Source of the DNA: Eledone cirrhosa
Lineage: Eukaryota
Length of the DNA: 64,000 nucleotides
Direction of reading: 5' to 3'
NCBI GenBank assembly: GCA_964016885.1
Contig: CAXHJY010001405.1
Location: forward strand, 41,063-105,062
How positions within the stretch are numbered: position 1 is the first letter of the stretch; each line of letters opens with the position of its first letter. A program made the translations under genes and the position numbers. Below are positions 1 through 12,198 of the stretch, one piece after another. Under the pieces are notes generated by a model, which was not told the origin of the DNA, searched no databases, and saw only the letters and a program-made list of their open reading frames with translations.

Positions 1-92
1 ACTTAAGTTATTGGTACTTCCAGATGACAACGTATAACTGGTATCTTCTTTACACTTACTACCATCATCACCATCTTTACTATCATCATCAC
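1..92 (-). CDS. Host gene coding exon (5' part; continues beyond window start), probably the exon following the RING exon
   Basis: Minus strand: ...ttttttttgacatgaaattctttgtgttatttag|GT GAT GAT GAT AGT AAA..., a pyrimidine-rich acceptor. Open frame (G)DDDSKDGDDGSKCKEDTSYTLSSGSTNNLS to the window edge. The phase-1 start matches the phase-1 end of exon 58770-58921. Confidence 0.55.
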
Positions 93-150
93 CTAAATAA
101 CACAAAGAATTTCATGTCAAAAAAATATTTTCTTACATTGGCAAATACAC

Positions 151-346
151 ACACAAGCTGACAGACAGTCACTGGACACAAGCTGACAGACAGTCACTGG
201 ACACAAGCTGACAGACAGTCACTGGACAACCTCACAGACAAAGACTGGACACAACCTCACAGACAGTCACTGGACACAACCTCACAGTCACTGGACAAGC
301 TCACAAACAAAGCTGGACTCAAAGAGACAGTCACTGTACTAACAAG
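151..346. repeat. 25-bp tandem repeat (ACACAAGCTGACAGACAGTCACTGG), decaying rightwards
   Basis: About three near-perfect copies at 151-227, followed by several degenerate ones. Confidence 0.85.
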
Positions 347-840
347 ACTCAGACTAGTAGAGTGAGATAGAAAGCTCCCCATGATAAAATCAGCCTACTT
401 CAGTATCCACTGGTATTCCCTACCTTCTTATATGGGTGCAAGATATGAACTATCATGGCAAAGATACAGAGACAAATATAGTGGGAATGTTATTCTACTG
501 CAACATCTAAGGTATCTCATATCTCGACTGTATCACAAATGACCAGGTCCACAATATCAGCTAGCATCACATTGGTCCCTATAAAGACCTTGCATCATAT
601 ATAGACTGTACCACAAATAAACAGGGCCACCATACCATCTAGCATCACAAAGACCCCTATGAATAAATGGGTGAAGGAGGAAAAGGAGAAGAAAGAGATG
701 GAGGAAGAGGATGGCGATGATGGTGAGAAGACGATATATGACATCTGAGAAACCAAATCAACAAGGAAGCTTTCACATAATTACTCTGCTAGAAATTGCA
801 GCCAAACCCCCCTCAAATACTAACCTATGTCTTAAAAATG

Positions 841-1396
841 TATCTGAGTATGTGTATGTATAATGCATGGTCGGTGTGTGTATGTGTGAATAAGTTCATG
901 AGACTATCACTGTGTGTATATGTGAATAGATATATGAAAGTGTATATGTGAATGTGTGTGAATGTGCGAAGCAATATGTATGTACAAGAGTATATGTGTA
1001 TGTGTGTGTATATGAGAATCAATGCATAGGTTTGTGTGAGTGTGTGTGAATAGGTGCATGGAAGTGTATATATGAAATGTGTGTCAATAGACAGACATGT
1101 GAGAAAGTATGAATTTGTACAAGGATTTACAAATGTGTCTATGTATGTAGGCCAGTGTGTAAATGCACTATTATATATGTATATGCCTCTGCATATAAGT
1201 GTTAATGCATGTGAACATGTATATTTTTATATGAATGTGTTTGTGCGTATATATGAGTGTGCATACATGTCTAATTAGTGTGTACATGTACATAAATGTG
1301 TGTGTGTAAATACATGACTGCATGTATGTATGTGTTAGTGTGTGCATGTATGTATGTGTTAGAGTATGTATACACCTTAATGCATGTATGTGTGTA
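841..1396. repeat. Degenerate TG/TATG-rich low-complexity tract
   Basis: Decayed (TG)n/(TATG)n composition. Confidence 0.7.
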
Positions 1397-1490
1397 AGAT
1401 AATCAGCTTATCCTCAAATGGGATTAGAGATTTTAACTCCATTTAAATCCCCAACTAGTGGGAGGTAAAAAAAAAAAAAGATTTAAATCC

Positions 1491-1660
1491 AATAATAATA
1501 ATAATAATGATTTCTACTTTAGGCACAAGGCCAGCAATTTGACGGAAGGAAAAAGTTGATTAAATCGACTCCAGTGCATTACTGGTGCTTTACTTTATCA
1601 ACCCCGTAAGGATGAAAGGGAAAGCTAACCTTGCTGGGATTTGAACTGAGAATGTAAAAC
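1491..1660 (-). mobile_element. Degenerate octopus-type tRNA-derived SINE fragment
   Basis: ggcacaaggccagcaattt...aaatcgactccagt...actggt...tatcaaccccgtaaggatgaaagg...gggatttgaact resembles the reverse of an abundant octopod SINE (recalled, not searched). B-box-like AGTTCAAATCC on the minus strand; (TTA)n tail. Confidence 0.6.
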
Positions 1661-2060
1661 ATTTTTTCATGCTCAGAGTTTCTGAAGCATAGAACAAACT
1701 ACCTGCATCATTTGTTAGATGTCAGGACACTGCTTCCTTCAAAACTTCCTGGAATTCGCCAAACTACACCTGATATCCCCCCTTCATACACACACATGTA
1801 CTCATACACTGTTCACTGTTTCCTACCATTCGTACATTATTCTATGTACCATACATTCACTTGAGCACTGTACACAATCATTTTCATTACTATTCAATTA
1901 ATATAAACCCTACACAGTACCCCTCACAATTTCCAATCAATGTATAAAGAACCACCAGTTTTAAATGTAAAGTAAATGGATCTCCTTTGCTTCCAAACAT
2001 GAACGTTCCAATAGTTCAATCAACAGAAAGGCTTATTCATTAGATTAACATATGGCTAAT

Positions 2061-2918
2061 TATCCCAGTCATGTATACCCTCAACATGTAAGTAGCTGGT
2101 TATCCCAGTCATGTATACCCTCAACATGTAGGTAGTTGGTTATCCCAGTCATGTATACCCTCAACATGTAAGTAGCTGGTTATCCCAGTCATGTATACCC
2201 TCAACATGTAGGTAGCTGGTTATCCCAGTCATGTATACCCTCAACATGTAAGTAGCTGGTTATCCCAGTCATGTATACCCTCAACATGTAGGTAGCTGGT
2301 TATCCCAGTCATGTATACCCTCAACATGTAGGTAGCTGGTTATCCCAGTCATGTATACCCTCAACATGTAGGTAGCTGGTTATCCCAGTCATGTATACCC
2401 TCAACATGTAGGTAGCTGGTTATCCCAGTCATGTATACCCTCAACATGTAAGTAGCTGGTTATCCCAGTCATGTATACCCTCAACATGTAGGTAGCTGGT
2501 TATCCCAGTCATGTATACCCTCAACATGTAGGTAGCTGGTTATCCCAGTCATGTATACCCTCAACATGTAGGTAGCTGGTTATCCCAGTCATGTATACCC
2601 TCAACATGTAGGTAGCTGGTTATCCCAGTCATGTATACCCTCAACATATAGGTAGCTGGTTATCCCAGTCATGTATACCCTCAACATGTAGGTAGCTGGT
2701 TATCCCAGTCATGTATATCCCTCAACATGTAGGTAGCTGGTTATCCCAGTCATGTATACCCTCAACATGTAAGTAGCTGTTATCCAGTCATGTATACCCT
2801 CAACATGTAGGTAGCTGGTTATCCAGTCATGTATACCCTCAACATGTAGGTAGCTGGTTATCCCAGTCATGTATACCCTCAACATGTAGGTAGCTGGTTA
2901 TCCCAGTCATGTATACCC
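2061..2918. repeat. 40-bp minisatellite, ~21 near-identical copies
   Basis: Unit TATCCCAGTCATGTATACCCTCAACATGTAGGTAGCTGGT, head-to-tail with no spacers. Confidence 0.97.
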
Positions 2919-2920
2919 GT

Positions 2921-3165
2921 ATCACAATTTCTGTGGCGTGAAGCGACTGAGAGAAAAAGACTTCCCCCTGGACAGGATGCCAGTTCATTGCAAGGTTAAA
3001 CCCCCAGCTATCGCTGGTACTCATTTTCTTTTCAGTAGAGTATACGGGAGTAGCATGAAATGAATGTTTTGCTCAACAACACAACATACAATGGAGCCCA
3101 GGATGGAACCCACAACATTATGATCAGAAGTCCAACACCCTTACTACTAAGCCACACACCTCCAC
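2921..3165 (-). mobile_element. tRNA-derived SINE, diverged
   Basis: Minus strand: TGGAGGTGTGTGGCTTAGTAG (A box)...GGTTCCATCC (B box), then CORE-like gtgttgttgagcaaaacattcatttca and ccttgcaatgaactggcatcctgtccaggg. Confidence 0.7.
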
Positions 3166-3233
3166 ATTGTTATGACAATCTATTAATCAACTTCTCACCT
3201 GGAACAGTAAATTATTTAGGAAACCAATGAATG

Positions 3234-3286
<53 letters not shown>

Positions 3287-3482
3287 ATACTTGGGGAGGG
3301 TCGTATTTGCGTAATATTGCCAGAATTAATAACAGAACACACTCACTGTTTGGTTGGTTTCCGCTTCTCACTGTCTTTTATATCTGCGATCTAACTTACT
3401 CGGTCCTCAATGTTGCCATTGACTGACCGACGGTCAAAAATAATACAGATACAATATAGACACAAACACATATATATAGTTT

Positions 3483-3525
3483 ACATAAATCTTTCGTTGC
3501 ACATCTGCAACATCGTCAGTGGTGT
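3483..3525 (-). ncRNA. Degenerate type I hammerhead ribozyme in the Penelope pLTR
   Basis: Minus strand: acacca CTGACGA t gttgca-gatg-tgcaac GAAA gatt TA tgt. Core and stem II are clear; stems I and III are weak. Confidence 0.6.
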
Positions 3526-3801
3526 TATATTTTTTTTTTCCTCCTGTTGTGTTGTATGTCTACGCCATTTTTTATTCAGTCTGTCTATATATTTATTTAT
3601 TTATTTGCTTGTTTGTTTATTTTATTTTGTCTTCTTTGCGCATGCGTTTGCGTGTGTGTATAGTGTTATGTGTGTTGTGTGACTAGTGTGTATAGTGTTG
3701 TGTCTGCTGGGTGACTAGTGTGTGTTTATGTGCTTGTTGTTATTGTGCTTGTGTATGTATTTATTTATCTTATTTTATTTTATTTTATTTTATTTACTTA
3801 T

Positions 3802-4712
3802 TTATACTTCTCTTAGGTCAGTGTTGTTTGTTTGGGTGTTGTTGTTGTTCCACTCATTCTTTCTGTTTAGCTTTGGTCTTCTAATTTCTATTTCACTGGC
3901 CTCTCTGATTTGCCTATCTGCTGGGTCATTCCTATGTTTAGATATTATTCTAATTTCTATGTTGTCTATGTTACCGTCATCTTGTTGTCTAGCATGTTCA
4001 TAGAGTACTGACCCGTTTTTTCGTCCTTTTAGTTCCCCCCAGTGTTGGTCTATCCTTTCACCTATGCTACGAGCTGTCTCACCTATGTATGTTGTTGTCA
4101 TGTTTCTGCAAGTACCCTCTGTACATCTTATGCTATAGACTACGTTTCTAGTTTTACAGTTTATCCGGGGGTTCACCTTACATATGATACATTCCTATTG
4201 GTACAGTGGGTTTTCTTAAAAGGGTAGGTTTTGCTGATCAGGGATTTTATGGTGGTTCCTGGCTTTTCTACCACCTTTATTTTTAAGTGGGTCTTTCTCA
4301 GGGCCTTTCTACACTGGTTAATTAATTTCCCTCCAGGGGTGGCGTCCACAAACATGACACTCTGATATCTCTGGTTGTCGTACCATGATGTGGCCTTCCC
4401 TATCTTATGTCTAGCCCTATCTAAGCTATTCCATGATTTGCTCCTGTATAGTGGGCAAATTCCTTTCATGTCCAGTTCTATGAGGGTCTTATACTTTTCC
4501 ATGGCTCCTTCGTATACTCTGACTCTGTCTCTTTGGTTGTAGCCAGAGAACTGCATGCGGTTGATGAAGTGTTGGATGTGTCTTTCCATTTCTGTTGGGT
4601 CGCACATGCTGGACACATTCTTCATCACTCGTACCAAATCTGCGATCAGAATATTAAACTTAGCACTACTGGACATTGCTGAGTTTTTGAGTATCAGGTA
4701 TTTGGAGGCCAT
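3802..4712 (-). pseudogene. Penelope-like RT C-terminus/GIY-YIG ORF remnant with one frameshift near 4190
   Basis: Correcting the frameshift gives HCTNRxCIICKVNPRINCKTRNVVY, a Cys-rich linker before the GIY-YIG domain. The RT catalytic core is absent. Confidence 0.85.
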
Positions 4713-4749
4713 GGGTTTAGCATAGTGTGAGTGGAGAATTTGGGCTCTC

Positions 4750-5285
4750 TCGTCTATAGTGTTTATCTACCTCTTATCTATTTTTTATCTATCTCTATCT
4801 CTTAACTTGTGCCCATCCGTCTATGATATGTTATTTGTATTAGTGTATACTGTATGTGTTGCATACGGGTGCTTGTGTGTAGGTGCATGCGGGTGCTCAT
4901 GCTTATGCGTATACTTGTATGTAGCTGTATGTTAACGGAACCCTGCCCAACTGTGAGTGATAACATTTTTATTTTAATTTTTATTTTACTCTTTTCTTAT
5001 TTTACTCCTTTTACTTTACTCTTTAAACTCCTCCCAACTTATGGTATCCCCACATATATTCTTCTGTTTTGGCTTTGTCAATCCTTGTATACTATGTATT
5101 TACTCTTTATGCTCTTAAGAGTCCCACTTCTAGTGTGGACGAAACACTGTTAGCAATTAAAGATATACCTATGTTCTAAGCGCTCTTTGTTGTTAATTGT
5201 ATTACGGTTCTGTCCTCTGACATTGACCTAACCATATACTGCCTATTTGATAAGTAGAGTGTTACACACTCCCTATTCTCTCCCT
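4750..5285 (+). mobile_element. Non-coding Penelope-type pLTR fragment with a mutated hammerhead (5110-5155)
   Basis: tgct CTTAAGA gtcccac-ttcta-gtgtggac GAAA cactg TT agca. G5 is replaced by T. The fragment ends at (TA)n; its left boundary is approximate. Confidence 0.55.
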
Positions 5286-5392
5286 TATATATATATATAT
5301 ATGTATATATGTATATATATATGTATATAAGTATATATGTATATATGTATATATATATGTATATATATGTATATATATGTATATATATATGT

Positions 5393-5426
<34 letters not shown>

Positions 5427-5447
5427 GTATATATATGTATATATATG

Positions 5448-5485
<38 letters not shown>

Positions 5486-5557
5486 TGTATATATATGTAT
5501 ATATATGTATATATGTATATATGTATATATATGTATATATATATATATGTATATATG

Positions 5558-5592
<35 letters not shown>

Positions 5593-5707
5593 ATATATAT
5601 GTATATATATATATGTATATATATATATGTATATGTATATATATATATGTATATATATATATACATATATATATGTATATATGTATATATATATATGTAT
5701 ATATATG

Positions 5708-5738
<31 letters not shown>

Positions 5739-5763
5739 GTATATATATGTATATATATATATG

Positions 5764-5812
<49 letters not shown>

Positions 5813-5827
5813 GTATATATATATATG

Positions 5828-5858
<31 letters not shown>

Positions 5859-5889
5859 GTATATATGTATATATGTATATATATATATG

Positions 5890-5920
<31 letters not shown>

Positions 5921-5940
5921 GTATATATGTATATGTATAT
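5286..5940. repeat. (TA)n microsatellite with TG interruptions
   Basis: Read directly from the sequence. Confidence 0.97.
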
Positions 5941-6486
5941 TGGAATAAATGCTCTGAAATAGCGATATATATGTGAATATAGACATAGAATATTCGAAAA
6001 TATTCTGTATGTTTATAATAAACATTTTGAAGACCTAATCGCTATAGAATAGAATACGTCACGTATTACAATTAGATTCTCGATAAAAGCAAGGGAAGTA
6101 ATCTACGCGTTTCATTCTTATTAGAAATCTTCAGGACTACATATCCAGTGCTTCTATCGAGAATGACACAGCTAGAGACTTATAGAATACTTAGCTGTGT
6201 ACAGGAACTGGTTTGAAAGAGCGGTTGCCGGTCCGGCAGAAATTAGAAATTGGAATAAATGCTCTGAAATAGCGATATATATGTGAATATAGACATAGAA
6301 TATTCGAAAATATTCTGTATGTTTATAATAAACATTTTGAAGACCTAATCGCTATAGAATAGAATACGTCACGTATTACAATTAGATTCTCGATAAAAGC
6401 AAGGGAAGTAATCTACGCGTTTCATTCTTATTAGAAATCTTCAGGAGTTCTGAAGATTTCAGAATATATATATAAGATTTCAGAAT
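5941..6486 (-). mobile_element. Hammerhead-bearing non-coding element (retrozyme/pLTR-like), 310-bp unit x1.6 with a short 5' inversion
   Basis: 5941-6136 is repeated at 6251-6446. Each copy carries a hammerhead core on the minus strand. An inverted ctgaagatttc sits at 6450; (TA)n flanks both sides. Confidence 0.8.
6098..6140 (-). ncRNA. Minimal type I hammerhead ribozyme
   Basis: gtagtc CTGAAGA tttct-aata-agaat GAAA cgcg TA gattac: 6-bp stem I, palindromic stem III, GUA cleavage triplet. The second copy (6408-6446) lacks most of the stem I 5' strand. Confidence 0.8.
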
Positions 6487-6577
6487 ATATATATATATGT
6501 ATATATATATATATGTATGTATATATATATGTATGTATATATATATGTATGTATATATATATGTATGTATATGTATA

Positions 6578-6630
<53 letters not shown>

Positions 6631-6683
6631 ATGTATGTATATACATGTATATATATATATATATATATGTATGTATATGTATG

Positions 6684-6714
<31 letters not shown>

Positions 6715-6715
6715 A

Positions 6716-6754
<39 letters not shown>

Positions 6755-6802
6755 ATATATATATACATATATATACATATATATATATGTATATGTATAT
6801 AT

Positions 6803-6850
<48 letters not shown>

Positions 6851-6851
6851 G

Positions 6852-6900
<49 letters not shown>

Positions 6901-6981
6901 GTATATATATGTATATATATATATATGTATGTATATATATGTATATATATATATATGTATATGTATATATATGTATATATG

Positions 6982-7012
<31 letters not shown>

Positions 7013-7033
7013 GTATATATGTATATATGTATA

Positions 7034-7086
<53 letters not shown>

Positions 7087-7547
7087 GTATATATATGTAT
7101 ATATATATGTATATATATATATATGTATATATATGTATATATATGTATATATATATCTATGTATATATATGTATATATATGTATATATATATATATATAT
7201 GTATATATATGTATATATATGTATATATATATATATGTATATATATGTATATATATGTATATATATATATATATGTATATATATGTATATATATATATAT
7301 GTATATATATGCATATATATGTATATATATATATATATGTATATATATGTATATATATGTATATATATGTATATATATATATATATGTATATATATGTAT
7401 ATATATATATATGTATATATATGTATATATATATATGTATATATATGTATATATATATATATGTATATATATGTATATATATATATGTATATATATGTAT
7501 ATATATATATATGTATATATATGTATATATATATATGTATATATATG

Positions 7548-7582
<35 letters not shown>

Positions 7583-7689
7583 GTATATATATGTATATAT
7601 ATATATGTATATATATATATATGTATATATATGTATATATATGTATATATATATATATATGTATATATATGTATATATATATATGTATA

Positions 7690-7732
<43 letters not shown>

Positions 7733-7799
7733 GTATATATGTATATATATGTATATATATGTATATATATGTATATATATATATATATGTATATATATG

Positions 7800-7834
<35 letters not shown>

Positions 7835-7883
7835 GTATATATATGTATATATATGTATATATATATATATATGTATATATATG

Positions 7884-7976
<93 letters not shown>

Positions 7977-8297
7977 GTATATATATATGTATATATATGT
8001 ATATGTATATATATGTATATATATGTATATATATGTATATATATGTATATATATATGTATATATATGTATATATATGTATATATATATGTATATATATAT
8101 ATGTATATATATATATGTATATATATATATATGTATATATATGTATATGTATATATATGTATATATATATGTATATATATATATGTATGTATATGTATAT
8201 ATATATATGTATATTATGTATATATATATATGTATATTATGTATATATATATGTATATTATGTATATATATATGTATATTATGTATATATATATATG

Positions 8298-8329
<32 letters not shown>

Positions 8330-8404
8330 TGTATACATATATATATATGTATATATATATATATGTATATTATGTATATATATATATATGTATATTATGT
8401 ATAT
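6487..8404. repeat. ~1.9-kb (TA)n/TG microsatellite
   Basis: Read directly from the sequence. Confidence 0.97.
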
Positions 8405-8799
8405 ATCATCATCATCATCATCATCATCAGCGTTTAACGTCCGTGTTCCACGCTTGCATGGGTTTGGACGGGGGTAGTCCCACTTGAGGCAAGAGTGATT
8501 GTCTTGCTCGCATAGGACTGTCTGGCAGGTTTTCTACAGTTGGATGCCCTTCCTAACACCAACCACATTTACAGTGTGGGTCTGGGAGGTTTTTACCGTG
8601 TTGCCTACACGGCCACATTACAGCGTGGACTGTGTGTTTTTTTGTCGTGACACCTACACGATCTCATTTGTTTCGGCCTCGATGGCGCGGCACCAACATA
8701 ACTTTACATAGAACGGGGTGGTGTGGATCGGGTGGGGGTGGTGGGACGGGGTGTATTTGTTAGAGATGCCTACTGGCTGGAGTAGGTTTTACTATATAT

Positions 8800-11700
8800 T
8801 TAGGTAAGGCGGGTCTTCTCTGTTACTGAGTACCGCCAAAGGTCTCGGTCCAGTGACATTGTCTTGGAGAGGTGTAAGTGTGTGATGTCGGAGTTTATCA
8901 GCTCGTCCCAGGTTTTTCTAGGTCTGCCTATTCCGTGACTACCGTCTATCTTTATTGCCCTGCACTTTGTTATACAGCTATCGACTTTCATGCGCATCAC
9001 GTGTCCATACCAACGTAGCCTTCTCTCGAGTAAACAACATCTGATCCCTCTTATCTCTAATTTATTCCTTAGTTCGTTTATGCTTTGCCGTTCACGTATA
9101 TTACTGTTACACATCCAGCGGAGCATGCAAGCTTCGTTCCTCTCTAGTCTGCGTATATCCTCTGCACACAATGCCCAGGTCTCACTGCCATGCAGCATTG
9201 CTGTTCGTATGCAGGCATCGTACAACCTGCCTTTCATTTTTAGTGAGAACCCTTTAGCAGCTAATAGTGGTATAAGCTCTCTGAACTTTTTCCAACCAGT
9301 TCTGACTCTAGCTACAGTACTTTCAGAGCACCCTCCCCCACTGCTGATTTTATCGCCCAGGTAACGGAAGCTGTCCACTATTTCTATAGAACCCTCTGCG
9401 CAATTGAAAGAGCTAGTAGTTTGTGGGCACTTGCTGCTACTTATTGCACCAGAGCACCGGCCACATGTAAAATCTATGTTCTTAGTTAGCCTACCTGTGA
9501 TCCCACTACATCTTTTATGCACCCATACTTTGCATTTAGGACATAAAATGGAGTTTCTACCTACGCCTTTCCTACACACCGAGCACGACCATTTCCCAGA
9601 AGGGACCGCCGCCTTGTTTTCTTTCCTACAAACTAGTACTTTGGTCTTAGCCAGGTTAATTTTAAGTCCTTTTGACTCTAGGCCGTGCTTCCATGTTTGG
9701 AATTTCTTCTCTAGCTCGGCCATTGATTCCGCTATGAGTGTCAGGTCGTCTGCGTATAGGAGTTCCCATGGGCAGCCTGTCTTGAACTCCTCTGTTATGG
9801 CCTGAAGGGCAATAATAAATAGTAGTGGACTGAGAACAGAGCCCTGATGGACGCCGACTTTTACGCTAAACTCTTCACTATATTCGTTGTTAATTCTAAC
9901 CTTGCTGACTGTTTCTTTATACATGGCTTGTATAGCCCTCACAAGCCATTCGTCAACGCCTAGTTTTCTAAGAGCCCACCAGATAATGGAGCGGGGGACT
10001 CTGTCGAAGGCTTTCTCCAAGTCGACAAAAGCTAAGTAGAGGGGTTTACCTTTAGCTAGGTACTTCTCTTGTAGTTGTCGTACTATGAAAAGAGCGTCTG
10101 TGGTACTTTTGCCTGACACAAACCCGAACTGCATTTCATCTAGGTCAATTCTCTCTCTGATTAGCTGCGCTATTACTCTTTCCGTGACCTTCATGACCTG
10201 GTCGATTAATTTAATGCCTCTATAGTTACTCCTATCTAGGGCGTCTCCTTTACCCTTATAACAGTTAACGATGATGCTGCTATGCCAGTCCTTCGGAACA
10301 ACCCCGTTTTGTACGACTTGGTTAACTATGCGGGTGACCATGGTGTGTCCCACCGTGCCAGATGCCTTCAGCATCTCAGCAACTATTTCCGAAGGCCCAG
10401 CCGCCTTACCAGTCTTCATATCCTTGATTGCCTTACTTATTATACTCCCCTCGACTAACACTGCTGGTCCCTCTATTGGGTCGATATGGGGGAGACTGCC
10501 TTTCTCCCAATTATTCTCCTCATTTAGAAGCCTTTCATAGTGACACTTCCAAGCTACCTTCTTATCAGCGTCGGTGATGGCAAGTGTGCCATCGTCGTTT
10601 AGTACACACTTCTCCCCGACAATATCACGGTTTTCCTTGACGCATTGCCTAGCAATCCTGAACACCTCACGTTTTTGGTCATCGCGTTGTAGAACATGCT
10701 TGAACTTTCTTTCCTCAGCTTCCCTTCTTGCTAAGTACACTTGTCTCCTAGCTTCCCTCCTGGCCACTTGATAGTCCTCTCTACTTCCCCCATCCCGCCA
10801 TACTTTCCAAGCCTGCTTTTTGGCCTTAATTGACCCCTCCACCTTACTGTTCCACCACCATGTTACTCTCCTCCTGCCTACAGGCCTGCTCCAGCCACAG
10901 ACCTCGTCTGTCGCCAACAGCAGGTTTGCTTTCAGAAATTCCCACTCTCCCTCTATATTGTCCGACTCTAAATGTTCTTCCTTACTGTCGAAAGCATCAA
11001 GTAATATGCTTTGAAATTTATTCCTGGCTGTGGGGTCCTTTAACTTCCATATTTTCCTCCTGAGGATAGTCCTCTTCTGTTGTCGAGTACGTCTCGTCCT
11101 GACTATGAGGTCGCTAATTATCAGTCTATGTTGGGAGGTGCATTCTTCATGGGGGAGGGATTTAGTGTTAACAACAGACACTCTGTCACGTCTTCTGGTA
11201 AGGATATAATCTACCTGGCTTGTGTGTTCCCCGGATCTATAGGTGATCAGGTGATTGTCACGTTTTTTGAAGTTAGTGTTACAGATAGTTAGGTTATTTG
11301 CATCACAGAATTCCAGGATTCTGGAGCCTTCCTCATTTCTAGTACCAAACCCATAGCCTCCATGGATTTCGTCGTAGCCGTCACAATGTTGTCCAACGTG
11401 ACCATTTAGGTCGCCTGCGATAATTATATAGTCACTGTCGGATATTTGGGAGGTAGTTAGCATCAGTGTCTCATAGAATCTGTCTTTTATAGTGCCGGGC
11501 AGTCCGGATTGGGGTGCGTACGCAGATATTACTGTCACCGTAGTCCTATTGAGGACAAGTCGTATTTTAATTATTCTGTCGTTCACTCTATTTACGTCTA
11601 TTATCTTATCTGCCCACTTTTCTGCTACCATGATTCCTACTCCACCCAGCCCATCGTCGTTTCCCACCCAGAAAAGCTTATAACAACGTTTTTTACCCTC

Positions 11701-12162
11701 AATGAACCTAGCAGACCCACCCCTCCACCTGGTCTCTTGAATACAACAAACATCGACCTCCTTACGTTCAAGCATTTCTACAACCTCGTTAGCGCGACCC
11801 TTTAGGGTGCCTACATTTATGGTACCAACTCTGAAGTTTTGGATTGCGTTTGGGGGTTGGGGGCGGTGAGGGGCGGGGGGCGATGGTGTTATGTTAGCCG
11901 TCCGTGGTCGAAACAATGAGGAGTGCTCGCATTTTCGTCCAAGGGGTGAATTTGTCTTTATCTTTGGCATTGTCGCTGAGCGTCCAGATTTTTCTCTCTC
12001 ACCTCCACTCTCCAGGATTCCGCAGTCCATCCATCCATCATATATCGTATATCGAAAGGCAACCAGGCAAGCGATAGTATAGGCCTCTGGTTTCTGATTG
12101 GTCCGCGTAATAATACTGGTGATACGTGGGGGCTGTTTTATGATTGGTCCACGTAATAGCAA
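8800..12162 (-). CDS. RTE LINE APE endonuclease-reverse transcriptase (likely true start MPKIK at 11970)
   Basis: APE motifs GTINVGTL, CCIQETRW, SAYAPQ, AGDLNGHVG, DYIL. RT motifs QFGF, FVDLEKAFDRV, GVHQGSVLSP, LLYADD, YLG. RTE C-terminus RRLRWYGHV...GRPRKTW. No internal stops. Confidence 0.95.
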   Translation of the reverse strand: MLLRGPIIKQPPRITSIITRTNQKPEAYTIACLVAFRYTIYDGWMDCGILESGGEREKSGRSATMPKIKTNSPLGRKCEHSSLFRPRTANITPSPPAPHRPQPPNAIQNFRVGTINVGTLKGRANEVVEMLERKEVDVCCIQETRWRGGSARFIEGKKRCYKLFWVGNDDGLGGVGIMVAEKWADKIIDVNRVNDRIIKIRLVLNRTTVTVISAYAPQSGLPGTIKDRFYETLMLTTSQISDSDYIIIAGDLNGHVGQHCDGYDEIHGGYGFGTRNEEGSRILEFCDANNLTICNTNFKKRDNHLITYRSGEHTSQVDYILTRRRDRVSVVNTKSLPHEECTSQHRLIISDLIVRTRRTRQQKRTILRRKIWKLKDPTARNKFQSILLDAFDSKEEHLESDNIEGEWEFLKANLLLATDEVCGWSRPVGRRRVTWWWNSKVEGSIKAKKQAWKVWRDGGSREDYQVARREARRQVYLARREAEERKFKHVLQRDDQKREVFRIARQCVKENRDIVGEKCVLNDDGTLAITDADKKVAWKCHYERLLNEENNWEKGSLPHIDPIEGPAVLVEGSIISKAIKDMKTGKAAGPSEIVAEMLKASGTVGHTMVTRIVNQVVQNGVVPKDWHSSIIVNCYKGKGDALDRSNYRGIKLIDQVMKVTERVIAQLIRERIDLDEMQFGFVSGKSTTDALFIVRQLQEKYLAKGKPLYLAFVDLEKAFDRVPRSIIWWALRKLGVDEWLVRAIQAMYKETVSKVRINNEYSEEFSVKVGVHQGSVLSPLLFIIALQAITEEFKTGCPWELLYADDLTLIAESMAELEKKFQTWKHGLESKGLKINLAKTKVLVCRKENKAAVPSGKWSCSVCRKGVGRNSILCPKCKVWVHKRCSGITGRLTKNIDFTCGRCSGAISSSKCPQTTSSFNCAEGSIEIVDSFRYLGDKISSGGGCSESTVARVRTGWKKFRELIPLLAAKGFSLKMKGRLYDACIRTAMLHGSETWALCAEDIRRLERNEACMLRWMCNSNIRERQSINELRNKLEIRGIRCCLLERRLRWYGHVMRMKVDSCITKCRAIKIDGSHGIGRPRKTWDELINSDITHLHLSKTMSLDRDLWRYSVTEKTRLT

Positions 12163-12198
12163 TGGTGGTGTGTGGGGGTGGGAGGGAGGGGTGTTGGG

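Larger units (their letters stand above)
3283..4745 (-). mobile_element. 5'-truncated Penelope-like retroelement (RT thumb, Cys linker, GIY-YIG endonuclease, 3' pLTR with hammerhead motif)
   Basis: ORF 4173-4712 (HYAKPMASKY...RMQFSGY...FVDATPGG) is frameshifted into ORF 3802-4176, which has NVVYSIRC...C...YIGET.R...R..QH...R...EA.EI...PKLN (GIY-YIG). The 3' end abuts (TA)n at 3282. Confidence 0.9.

Noticed and set aside
526-661. Degenerate ~78-bp duplication
   Set aside because: Only two decayed copies and no further structure.
2061-2918. CRISPR-like array
   Set aside because: The 40-bp units are contiguous with no unique spacers, there are no cas genes, and the context is eukaryotic.
3283-3512. 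Solo LTR (TGTT...AACA)
   Set aside because: No target duplication, and the AACA end is part of hammerhead stem II in the Penelope pLTR.
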